Shown piece by piece: positions 1 to 8,643 of a stretch of DNA of 64,000 bases. The notes under the pieces are model-generated. The model did not search any database. It saw only the letters and a program-made list of their open reading frames with translations, and was not told the DNA's origin. Every line of letters begins with the position of its first letter. Position 1 is the stretch's first letter. The stretch is taken from assembly GCA_977020255.1 (NCBI GenBank), contig CDROCS010000506.1, forward strand, positions 2,232,001 through 2,296,000, written 5' to 3'. The DNA comes from Obrimoposthia wandeli. Lineage: Eukaryota. The position numbers and the translations under genes are program-made.

Positions 1-691
1 ATAAGCCGGTATTTCCTGTCACCGTAAACTCAAATACGATCGCGAACACGGCTATCGGGGCGAGACGAATGATGCTCTGCACTAATTTATTTAAACCTGT
101 ATTCAACCCCGCAATCACAGTAAATACCACATGGTCTTGTGGCAATGAACGTAATAACGATACTGAAAATAACAACGAGAATAAAACAATCGCTAACAGG
201 TTACCGTTAACTAAGGCTGAAAAAGGATTCACTAACGCCATCGCCAATAATTTAGCGGTAATGCTTGAGCCTGTGACTGTATCTTGTTCAATTAAATTAA
301 TGTGGTCAGCAACAACGACTGGCTCTACAAGTGGCTGCCATTCTGGCATTAATAGCGCAGCACCAAGTCCGAGACTAATCGCGATAATCGACGTTAAGCT
401 GTAAAAGGCGAGGGTGCTGACGCCTAAGGTTTTTAACTTTAGCGTTGAGCCTATATTGGTAATACCCTGCATTAACGACAGCATTACTACTAAGCCGATA
501 ACCATTTTCAGCAAACCGATATAAGTGGTCTTGCCTAACAAGATTAATTGATACCAAGTTTGTTCAGTAATATGTTCAGCCACGGGCTCGGTAATATTGG
601 CTACTGCAGGCATTATTGTGGCAAAAACCCAAGCCAGTATAGCGGCTATGACTAGTTGCAATGGCAATGAACGCTTGATCGTTGATAGCAT
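1..691 (-). CDS. Dicarboxylate/amino acid:cation symporter (DAACS/SDF family), 3' end runs off the window
   Basis: Hand translation from ATG at 691: MLSTIKRSLPLQLVIAAILAW...YIGLLKMVIGLVVMLSLMQGI...NPFSALVNGNLLAIVLFSLLF. The LLKM and NxLxIVxF motifs are typical of DAACS transporters. Not in the supplied ORF track because it is truncated. Confidence 0.8.
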   Translation of the reverse strand, partial: MLSTIKRSLPLQLVIAAILAWVFATIMPAVANITEPVAEHITEQTWYQLILLGKTTYIGLLKMVIGLVVMLSLMQGITNIGSTLKLKTLGVSTLAFYSLTSIIAISLGLGAALLMPEWQPLVEPVVVADHINLIEQDTVTGSSITAKLLAMALVNPFSALVNGNLLAIVLFSLLFSVSLLRSLPQDHVVFTVIAGLNTGLNKLVQSIIRLAPIAVFAIVFEFTVTGNTGL

Positions 692-785
692 AATCTTTCT
701 CGTTAGAGTTACTGGATATCAGTAATGAAGGCGAGATTATATTGGAGTTATGTGCTGATGATAATTAGCTGGATAAGCAAATCAC

Positions 786-805
786 TTTTACTGGATAGTA
801 ATAAT
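786..805. promoter_or_regulatory. Putative LysR-type operator TTTTAC-N6-GTAATAAT
   Basis: Interrupted dyad containing T-N11-A. Its reverse complement matches the box at 50203-50222 upstream of frmA. Confidence 0.5.
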
Positions 806-862
806 TTAGGTTTATTGTCGCTAATAACTTATAATTGTTACCTAACAGTTGAATAAGAGAAT

Positions 863-1753
863 GTGTTGATGAGTGATTGGTCTGGTGTCAGTGAGTTTGT
901 AGCGGTTGCCGAAACCGAAAGTTTTACCGCCGCAGCAAAGCGTTTAGGGATCTCGACCGCGCAAGTGAGTCGACAGGTGTCTGCACTTGAAGAGCGCTTG
1001 TCGGCAAAGTTATTCTACCGGACCACACGTAAAGTATCTGTAACCGAAGTGGGTGGCATTTACTATCAGCATTGTCGTCAGGTAATGGATGGTTTAGCAG
1101 ATGCTGAACGTGCCATCAGCAATTTACAAAGCACACCCAAAGGTAAGTTAAAAATAACAGCACCAATTACTTACGGTGAACGTAGTGTTGCGCCATTAGT
1201 GAATGATTTTGTGATCCAATATCCTGAATTAGAAGTGCAATTAGTATTATCTAATCAGCAGATTGATTTAATCGATGAAGGCTTTGATTTAGCCATTCGT
1301 CTCGGCCAGTTAGGTGATTCATCGATGATTGGTAAGCGTTTAGCGACTCGTAAGCAATATGTTTGCGCTGCGCCGGAATACTTAAGTGCCTTTGGTGCTC
1401 CGCATACCTTGTCAGAATTAGATCGCCATAATTGTTTATCGGGCACCTTGGATTACTGGCGTTTTCAAGAAAAAGGCAAAGCTCGTAATATTCGCGTGAA
1501 AGGTAATTTTAGCTGTAACAGTGGCCCGGTATTAGTCGATGCGGCATTGAAAGGCGTGGGTATTGTGCAACTGCCTGATTATTATGTGCAGGAATATATT
1601 AACCAAGGTCTGCTGATTGAATTGCTGCCAAACTACCGTGAACCGGATGATGCTGTGTGGGCTTTATATCCACAAAATCGCCATCTGTCGCCGAAAGTAC
1701 GTATGTTGGTAGACTATTTAGCCAAAGAATTAGCGATAAAAGCAGCACCATAA
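863..1753 (+). CDS. LysR family regulator resembling the GfnR/AdhR-type regulators of glutathione-dependent formaldehyde dehydrogenase operons (likely start ATG 869)
   Basis: N-terminal HTH (FVAVAETESFTAAAKRLG...VSRQVSALEERL); CrgA-like effector domain with CNSG, QLPDYYV and WALYPQNRHLSPKVR motifs. Confidence 0.85.
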   Translation: MLMSDWSGVSEFVAVAETESFTAAAKRLGISTAQVSRQVSALEERLSAKLFYRTTRKVSVTEVGGIYYQHCRQVMDGLADAERAISNLQSTPKGKLKITAPITYGERSVAPLVNDFVIQYPELEVQLVLSNQQIDLIDEGFDLAIRLGQLGDSSMIGKRLATRKQYVCAAPEYLSAFGAPHTLSELDRHNCLSGTLDYWRFQEKGKARNIRVKGNFSCNSGPVLVDAALKGVGIVQLPDYYVQEYINQGLLIELLPNYREPDDAVWALYPQNRHLSPKVRMLVDYLAKELAIKAAP

Positions 1754-1771
1754 AGTGCCAATATTTATCGC

Positions 1772-2260
1772 TTAATGCATCCAACAAATATGATTGAATC
1801 CTTCGATATTATTAGCGGAGTAAAGATAAAGGAAGTTACCCTTTCGTTCAACCTTATAATTTATCGTAAAGTCTTTATATAATAATTGATCATTGTTGAT
1901 GACGGCATCAGGATGCTTTTTGGTAAAAATAATATTATTGAAAGTCATCGATAAGCTATTGCCGTTTAAAGTATATTTGCCTACGAAGAGAAATTCAGCT
2001 GTATCGGTTTGACCATTTTTATTCTTCACCAATAATCTGTCTTGGATATAGAAATCGCTTTTAGAGGTAAACGTATACGCCATTGTTTCATTAATAATGG
2101 CATATTTTGAGTATGCATTCGTGGCAAAGCCAACTTTTTTAAAGTCACAGAACCATTGACCACCAACTAAACTTACATTGGCAGTCATGAATGTTTTACT
2201 AACTAAAACAAAAAATAAAATAATTATCAAAATTATTGGTTTAGTTAAATATATTTGCAC
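1772..2260 (-). CDS. Membrane-anchored periplasmic beta-rich protein, ToxS/lipocalin-like candidate
   Basis: N-terminal hydrophobic anchor IILIIILFFVLV, a GGQWFC motif, alternating beta-strand pattern, two Cys (one near each end). Divergent from a ToxR-like gene. Confidence 0.55.
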   Translation of the reverse strand: MQIYLTKPIILIIILFFVLVSKTFMTANVSLVGGQWFCDFKKVGFATNAYSKYAIINETMAYTFTSKSDFYIQDRLLVKNKNGQTDTAEFLFVGKYTLNGNSLSMTFNNIIFTKKHPDAVINNDQLLYKDFTINYKVERKGNFLYLYSANNIEGFNHICWMH

Positions 2261-2345
2261 TTAGCCACCATTGCGCTCATTTTGTTCTGTGTTATGTAAC
2301 GACTAAATATAAGCAGTTAGTCGTATAATAAAACATTAAATTATA

Positions 2346-3311
2346 ATGTATTATATGCAGCTTTATTGCTTTTACGCAGTGAAATATTTTATATCTAATG
2401 AAATGCAGGCATTAATGATCCATAAACAGTCAATAACTCAATGTATTCGCATTGATCCTGAGATGCGAACTATTACTTGTCTTTCTTCCAACGTGACTGT
2501 GAACATGCGTCCTCTGCCCTTTAGAGTGCTAATGTATTTATTAAAACATCAAGATAGATGCATTTCTAGAGACGAACTATTCGAAGTATGCTGGCAGGGA
2601 GCTATTGTTTCAGAGCAATCCTTAACTAATACCATTAGTTATATAAGAAAAACGATAAAAAAACTCGAATCTAATGAACTGAAACTTAATACCATTAGTA
2701 AAAAGGGTTATTCATTAGTTATTACCTTGAATAATAAACTTCCTGAAGATAACCATGATGACAACATTGTTGATACAACTGAAGAGTTGGATAAACTTAT
2801 TACACTAGTTGATGGTTCCAGTGACTGTGATAAAACTGCTCACAGTAAGTCATTAATGGTAGATAAAAAAATAGAGCTATCCGTAACTAAGCGTAGTTAT
2901 ATAAATTATATCTGGTCTTTTGTGAGCATCATATTAACATTGACGCTGATTTTTTTGATCGCCAAGGATAATAAGGGAAGCGCACCTTTTATGGATGAAA
3001 AAAACTATCAACTTTATAAATTGGATAATGTGGACGTCTATATGAGTGATGTTGATGGGTTACTTGATGAGGATGAATTTAATAAATATCTAGATAATTC
3101 AAGCTTAAATTCGTGTGATATAAATAAGGTTTATATTAGAGTTTATACAGATCCCTATGACAAAGAAAATGTCGCCATGAGTGCTTTTAGTATAACTCCA
3201 AGCCATGAAAGTCTGAATATTATCAATTACAAACTCGTAGATAATAAGCTCTATACCTCTATATTAGAATCTATTCAAGATGATGAATTTTGTCATGGTT
3301 CATCAATCTAA
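2346..3311 (+). CDS. ToxR/CadC-like transmembrane winged-helix transcriptional regulator (true start may be a later ATG)
   Basis: OmpR-type wHTH (RVLMYLL...ISRDELFEVCWQG..VSEQSLTNTISYIRK...TISKKGY), linker, single TM helix YIWSFVSIILTLTLIFLIA, and a ~110 aa periplasmic domain with 2 Cys. Confidence 0.85.
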   Translation: MYYMQLYCFYAVKYFISNEMQALMIHKQSITQCIRIDPEMRTITCLSSNVTVNMRPLPFRVLMYLLKHQDRCISRDELFEVCWQGAIVSEQSLTNTISYIRKTIKKLESNELKLNTISKKGYSLVITLNNKLPEDNHDDNIVDTTEELDKLITLVDGSSDCDKTAHSKSLMVDKKIELSVTKRSYINYIWSFVSIILTLTLIFLIAKDNKGSAPFMDEKNYQLYKLDNVDVYMSDVDGLLDEDEFNKYLDNSSLNSCDINKVYIRVYTDPYDKENVAMSAFSITPSHESLNIINYKLVDNKLYTSILESIQDDEFCHGSSI

Positions 3312-3467
3312 AATTAGCTTTCTAAAACTGGATTATTTCATCTTAATGCAACTCATCGAGTACTAAATATTGTATTTATACGTAGTTTTTATAATAAAAA
3401 TATAACCAAAATAAATATCATCATACATTTATAATTTATTTTAATTAATAAATTCAATAATTTATAG

Positions 3468-3516
3468 TGTTTCTTTGTTGTTCATTATGTTTATTTATTG
3501 ATATGTTTCTTTATTG
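3468..3516 (+). repeat. Three direct repeats TGTTT(C/A)TTT(G/A)TTG upstream of the OMP gene
   Basis: Copies at 3468-3480, 3488-3500 and 3504-3516. Confidence 0.55.
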
Positions 3517-3589
3517 TTTATTTTTTCTTGAAATTTAACTTTATTATGCAGCCTGATTTAAATGAGAATTCAAGATTAAAAGGTAAGTA

Positions 3590-4213
3590 ATGAAAACAAC
3601 AATGATAGCCACGACAACCTTAATGTCGGTATTGATGGTAAGTACTGTATCGGCGAATGAATCAAGAGGATTTTATCTTGGTGGTGCAATCGGAACTTCT
3701 GGTATTGATGATGGTGGATTAGTTGAAAAATCATTGGTTCCAATAGAGATTAACGCTGAGGATTCTACCTATAAAATCATTGCAGGTTACCAGCTTAATA
3801 ATATTGCTGCGATAGAAGCACAGTATACAAATTATGGTGATATTAGTTTCAGCTCTCCATCGCCATTATACCCTTCAGGTAAGTATACATGGACCCCTAA
3901 AGTATTATCCTTAAGCGCGAATTTAGGTTATACCTTTGATAACGGTATTCGTCCGTTTGGTATTATTGGTGTGAGTTCTATCGACTTAGATGAGTCGGTA
4001 CAAAGTATTGCCGATAGTGACAATGGCGGGGGTGTTCGTTATGGTTTTGGCATCGAGTATATTCCATATAACCCGTATGAGACTTACGCTGATGTTAGTA
4101 TTAGATTTGGCTATGAAGCTGACACTTTCACTATTGAAAGTGGTAACGCTGTAGTCGGAGATAAAGATATTGTTCTAGATTCTTACTATGTAGCGGTTAA
4201 CTTTCGCTTCTAA
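3590..4213 (+). CDS. Outer-membrane beta-barrel protein (OmpA-like 8-stranded / porin family)
   Basis: Signal peptide, GFYLGG start, GYQLN..AIEAQY strand motifs, C-terminal aromatic ...VNFRF (BAM signal). Confidence 0.85.
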   Translation: MKTTMIATTTLMSVLMVSTVSANESRGFYLGGAIGTSGIDDGGLVEKSLVPIEINAEDSTYKIIAGYQLNNIAAIEAQYTNYGDISFSSPSPLYPSGKYTWTPKVLSLSANLGYTFDNGIRPFGIIGVSSIDLDESVQSIADSDNGGGVRYGFGIEYIPYNPYETYADVSIRFGYEADTFTIESGNAVVGDKDIVLDSYYVAVNFRF

Positions 4214-4264
4214 GTACTCCCTTTCATTTTATTCCAATAGCTGACTTATATTGAAAGGTAAGTA

Positions 4265-4561
4265 ATGAAAGCTGCAATGATAAGTGTAGTGATAACGACG
4301 ACTGCGCTAATGTCGGTACTGATGGTATATGCTGTATCAATTCATGAGTTAAGAGGCTCTTCTGGTGATGTAATGACTTCTTCTAAAAGTGATGAGGGGC
4401 TGCTTACAGGAGAACAATTCACAGAAACAGCCAAGATTGATGCACCTTGCCCAAATTATGGTGATAACTGCAGGAGAGCTCCGTTGGGGAAATTTAGGCG
4501 AAAACGCATAAATTCTAATTATATTATCTTTAAGCGAAAAATTAGATTATCTCTTCGATAA
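4265..4561 (+). pseudogene. Decayed tandem duplicate of the upstream OMP gene
   Basis: Same RBS context (aaaggtaagtaATGaaa). Nucleotide similarity over the signal peptide (taatgtcggta.tgatggta...tgtatc...atga.t.aagagg) and at caaattatggtgata. The rest diverges and has no C-terminal Phe. Confidence 0.7.
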
Positions 4562-4664
4562 TAGTATTCGCCTAATTTAAATTTAAGCATCTCTTTATAG
4601 CTAAACGGGGCGTCCAAATCCGTGAACTCAGAGCCCCTTTTATGATTCTAGCAAGTAAAAAAAT

Positions 4665-5345
4665 TTACTCGATTAACAGCGCAACAGTTTCTTGTAATTC
4701 TGTTAACTGCGCTTTAAGTGTCGCGACTTCATGCTCAAGTTCATCAACGCGCGTAGCTAATGCGTTATTCTCATCGGCGCTGTTATTGCTCGCCAGTGCT
4801 GAGTTATCTGTAGTGGCAGCTGTCGACGCTACTGCTCCACTGAATAGATGGGCATAACGACAAGCACTTTGTCCCGGCTCTCTATCCAGTTTAACGATAA
4901 ATGGACCTTGTTCATGGTTGGCCAGTTGATCTAATGCCGTTTCAACTTCTTGCACATCATTAAATGCATGTTGGCGCGCCGAACGGGTTCTTAGTTCACC
5001 AGGTGTTTGCGGACCACGTAAAAATAATAGCGTCAAAATAGCTAATTGTTGTGGGTTGAAACGAATTTTACTGAACTCAGTATTGCCAAAGCGATGACGA
5101 ATTTTAGCACTGCGTTTACCGCCATTTTCATCGTTTATCACTAAGTGTTTTTTTACCAAATCATCAACAATGTTTTGTACTTCGTCTGGGCTTAATGACA
5201 GTACAGGTTCGCGGCTGCTTTTTTGATTACACGCCGAGGTTAATGAGTTTAGCGATAGCGGGTAATTATCTGGCGTTGTGTGTTCTTTTTCGATTAATGC
5301 GCCTAATACGCGCGTTTCATGTAGTGATAATTCATCCATTACCAA
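4665..5345 (-). CDS. yceH: YceH family protein (DUF480)
   Basis: RVLGALIEKEHTTPDNYPLSLNSLTSACNQKSSREPV and LLFLRGPQTPGELRTR motifs; C-terminal coiled coil. Confidence 0.9.
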   Translation of the reverse strand: MVMDELSLHETRVLGALIEKEHTTPDNYPLSLNSLTSACNQKSSREPVLSLSPDEVQNIVDDLVKKHLVINDENGGKRSAKIRHRFGNTEFSKIRFNPQQLAILTLLFLRGPQTPGELRTRSARQHAFNDVQEVETALDQLANHEQGPFIVKLDREPGQSACRYAHLFSGAVASTAATTDNSALASNNSADENNALATRVDELEHEVATLKAQLTELQETVALLIE

Positions 5346-5947
5346 TCAATCCCTATTTGCGCTTTAATACCTGAGCGAAAGGCGTGTTTTTCTTCTCTGA
5401 CTTCACTCACTGTGTCGGCGATGGCGACTAAATCTTTGTGGGCACTGCGACCGGTGACGATAACTGTCTGATCAACAGGGCGGTTACGAATAGCGTTCAG
5501 CACTTCTTCGAGATCTAGGTATTGGTAACTGAGCATATAAGTCAGTTCATCTAATAACACCATTTTAAGATCTGGATTTTCGAGCATAGCTTTAGCATGT
5601 TCCCATGCTGTTTCTGCTGCGGCGATATCGGCGGCTTTATCTTGAGTGTCCCAAGTAAAACCAGTTTTCATGGCGTGATATGGCATGTCAGGACGTACTT
5701 GCTGGATAAATTTAACTTCACCCGCTGCCCATGTGCCTTTGATAAATTGCACTACACCGGCATTAAAGCCATGGCCAATACAGCGGATCACATTACCAAA
5801 ACCAGCGCAGGTTTTACCTTTACCGTTACCTGTCATGACGATCAAAATACCACGTTCTTCAGTGGCTTTATCAACACGTTTCGCGACTGTGCTTTGGATC
5901 TTCTGCATCTTTTGTTGATGTTTATCTTGGCTATTTTGTTCGGTCAT
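5339..5947 (-). CDS. btuR: Cob(I)yrinic acid a,c-diamide adenosyltransferase
   Basis: MTGNGKGKT P-loop, VVQFIKG, GFTWDTQD, LLDELTY, IADTVSEV...KHAF..GIKAQ.GIDW. Confidence 0.95.
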   Translation of the reverse strand: MTEQNSQDKHQQKMQKIQSTVAKRVDKATEERGILIVMTGNGKGKTCAGFGNVIRCIGHGFNAGVVQFIKGTWAAGEVKFIQQVRPDMPYHAMKTGFTWDTQDKAADIAAAETAWEHAKAMLENPDLKMVLLDELTYMLSYQYLDLEEVLNAIRNRPVDQTVIVTGRSAHKDLVAIADTVSEVREEKHAFRSGIKAQIGIDW

Positions 5948-6019
5948 TCCATATTCCTTTAATGCCTAATACTAATAACCTCAGTGTAAGGCTTTTATGG
6001 CTAAATGGAAGTGGGAAAA

Positions 6020-6265
6020 TTAAAAATCACCTTGAGTGAGCTTTTGATAAATCTGATCTTTTAAGGCCACGCGACGACTTTTTAATTCGCTAAAGTGACT
6101 GTCGGTGGTGGGAATGCCGCTGGCTTCAAGACCGTAAATATGATGGTCGAGTTGATGATATTCTTTGGCGAGGGCGGTAAATTCGGGGTCATCGCTTTTT
6201 AGCTTGGCGATATCAATCGCGTGATCTGGGAATTCGTGAGATAGCGGGTGTTTTTCATTTTGCAT
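6020..6265 (-). CDS. YdcH/DUF465 family small protein
   Basis: HPLSHEFP...LK..DPEF..L..EY..LD..I..LE......D..FSELK.RRV.LKDQIY pattern. Confidence 0.85.
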   Translation of the reverse strand: MQNEKHPLSHEFPDHAIDIAKLKSDDPEFTALAKEYHQLDHHIYGLEASGIPTTDSHFSELKSRRVALKDQIYQKLTQGDF

Positions 6266-6326
6266 TATGATGACCTTGATAATGAACGGGTTCTTTTAGT
6301 GTAGTCGAACCCGTTCATTGCGGCAT

Positions 6327-7529
6327 CTAATGCTGAGTTTGTTCTTGATGCCAATGATCAAGACGTGGTGTTAGCATGATAGCCAGTAATACCAAAGACA
6401 AGCCGCCCATCAATACGATAACCGCATAAGGGGCTGTTAAATCAGTTTGTTGGATTAAGCCTGCAAGTAGCGCTGCGCCACTCATTTGGATACAACCTAG
6501 CATCGCTGCTGCTGTGCCTGCGCGTTCGCCAAATGCAGCTAGTGCCATGCTGGTAGCAGGACCAAGCAATAGCGCAAAACCAATGCAAAGCAACATCATA
6601 GGTAACATAAAGGCGAAGGCTGCTGACATGCCTGCTGTTGGACCCCATAGCTGTACCATCAACTGTAATGCAGCTGATGATAATAAAGCGAGTAGAGCAA
6701 TAATAACGGTAGGACGATTACCAAAACGTTTAATCACTAACGGTGCAGCAAAACAAGCGGCGATATTAACGATAGCATTAAGGCCAAACAAACCACTGAA
6801 CTCTAACTCGGCGATGCCTAAGTTGCGGATCAACCAATCGGGTGCATACGATACATAAGTTAAGATTGAAGCCATACCAACCATGCAAGCAACGGCATAA
6901 AACATAAAGTGCGCATCGTGTAGCACAGGTTTAAAACGATCCCAGTGATAAAGCGAACCGGATGTATCGGTATTATCTGGGCGAGTTTCAGGTAATTTTT
7001 TGATGATCAGCGCAAGGATGATTAAGCCGTATATTGCCATGAAGACAAATGTTGAACGCCAGCCAAACTGCAGTGCTAATAGACCACCTAGTGTTGGTGC
7101 TAATGCCGGGATAACACAGATCACGCCATTTAAATAACTGTAGTAATGCGCGCTTACTTTAGAATCAAAGCTATCGCGTACGGCACTAAATACCACGATT
7201 GAAGTGGCACAAGCAGCGATACCTTGTAGTACGCGTGCTATTTGTAACCAATGAAATTCCGCAGCGCCTGCTGCAAGTAGACTGCTTAGGCAATACAGAA
7301 TTACGCCGCCGATAGCGACAGGACGACGACCAAAACGGTCAGCCAGCGGGCCAATTAATATTTGGCCAATACCCATCGCAAATAAGAATAATACTAAGGT
7401 AGATTGGATTTCACTTGAGGATACCTGAAATTCAGTTGCCATGGTTGGCATTGATGGTAGGTAAATGTCGATAGCGAGGGGGCTTAACACCACCATCGCC
7501 ATCAAAATAGGTAATATATTTCGGCGCAT
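6327..7529 (-). CDS. Bcr/CflA (DHA1) MFS multidrug efflux transporter, MdtL-like
   Basis: IDIYLPSMP, motif A GPLADRFGRRPV, 12 hydrophobic segments; divergent from a YidZ-like LysR. Confidence 0.9.
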   Translation of the reverse strand: MRRNILPILMAMVVLSPLAIDIYLPSMPTMATEFQVSSSEIQSTLVLFLFAMGIGQILIGPLADRFGRRPVAIGGVILYCLSSLLAAGAAEFHWLQIARVLQGIAACATSIVVFSAVRDSFDSKVSAHYYSYLNGVICVIPALAPTLGGLLALQFGWRSTFVFMAIYGLIILALIIKKLPETRPDNTDTSGSLYHWDRFKPVLHDAHFMFYAVACMVGMASILTYVSYAPDWLIRNLGIAELEFSGLFGLNAIVNIAACFAAPLVIKRFGNRPTVIIALLALLSSAALQLMVQLWGPTAGMSAAFAFMLPMMLLCIGFALLLGPATSMALAAFGERAGTAAAMLGCIQMSGAALLAGLIQQTDLTAPYAVIVLMGGLSLVLLAIMLTPRLDHWHQEQTQH

Positions 7530-7639
7530 TGTTATTCTCGAGTAAAAAAGGCTGGTTTAATGCGGGGCAGTTTACGTAAAGCGTGTTATGAATGGAAGTG
7601 GTATAATGTCAGAAGTGAATTTCCTTTAAGGAATATCTT

Positions 7640-8590
7640 ATGAATTTAGATAATCTCGCCAGAATAGATTTAAATCTCTTAGTAATCTTACAGATCTTGC
7701 TGGAAGAAGAGAGCGTTACCCGTGCTGCCAACCGTTTGCATTTGAGCCAGTCGGCATTAAGTAAAAGCCTCACTCGTTTACGCGATACTTTAGATGATCC
7801 GTTATTTCTACGTACTGCTCATGGACTGAAACCAACAGCCCATGCTTTACAGTTAAAAGCGCAATTACCGACGATACTGCAAGGCTTGTATCAGATCAGT
7901 TTACCGCCGAGTTTTGAGCCCGAAAAAAGTCATCGCCAGTTTTCGTTTGCGATGCTGGAAAGTGCTTATGAAACTTTATTGCCTTATTACATAGGCCCTA
8001 TTTTGTCGCAAGCGCCAAAACTGAATTTAGAAATTTATGGTTGGAATGAAAAGTCATTATTGGACTTGCAGCAAGGGCAAATTGATTTTGGTATTACGGC
8101 AAGGGAGTTACACCCGACCGCTGACTTTCGCTTGAATAACCTACCAGATGGCATTGCCCATCAACGTTTATTTACCGATGACCAAGTCTGCTTAGTGCGC
8201 AGTGACCATCCGTTGTTAGCGAGTATTAATGCCGGACAGTGGGATATCGAAACTTATTTAAGTATGTCGCATGTGCAAGTGCGCTGTGAAGGTAATGATT
8301 GGTGGTTACTTGATTATCAATTAGCGGAGTCTGGACAACACCGTCATATCTGCGCCACCTTACCGGACTTTTACGGCGCTGCTAGCGTCTGTGCTCATAG
8401 CGATTTAGTACTTACCTTACCCTCGTGTTTTGTGTCCCATGCGCAGAAGTTATATGACTTGGTGCAATTACCTCTGCCGATAGATTTTTCTTCTTTGGTG
8501 TATGTGCTGTTATGGCACGAGCGTAATAATGATGAACCTGGGCATAAGTGGGTGAGAGATATGATTTGTCAGAGTGTAGAAAATAAATAG
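7640..8590 (+). CDS. LysR family regulator, YidZ/NodD-like subgroup
   Basis: DLNLLVIL..LLEEESVTRAANRLHLSQSALSKSLTRLR..LDDPLF.R; C-terminal LLWHERN..EPGHKW.R. Confidence 0.9.
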   Translation: MNLDNLARIDLNLLVILQILLEEESVTRAANRLHLSQSALSKSLTRLRDTLDDPLFLRTAHGLKPTAHALQLKAQLPTILQGLYQISLPPSFEPEKSHRQFSFAMLESAYETLLPYYIGPILSQAPKLNLEIYGWNEKSLLDLQQGQIDFGITARELHPTADFRLNNLPDGIAHQRLFTDDQVCLVRSDHPLLASINAGQWDIETYLSMSHVQVRCEGNDWWLLDYQLAESGQHRHICATLPDFYGAASVCAHSDLVLTLPSCFVSHAQKLYDLVQLPLPIDFSSLVYVLLWHERNNDEPGHKWVRDMICQSVENK

Positions 8591-8604
8591 GGGTTAGTAG
8601 AATG

Positions 8605-8634
8605 AAAAACCCAAGCCGAGTGACTTGGGTTTGT
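8605..8634. terminator. Bidirectional intrinsic terminator between the LysR gene and tsdA
   Basis: AAACCCAAG-ccgagtga-CTTGGGTTT hairpin between convergent genes. Confidence 0.75.
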
Positions 8635-8643
8635 TATTAAGGG

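Noticed and set aside
69-557. ORFs 69..404 (+) and 375..557 (-)
   Set aside because: Shadows of the truncated minus-strand DAACS transporter, which has the recognisable motifs.
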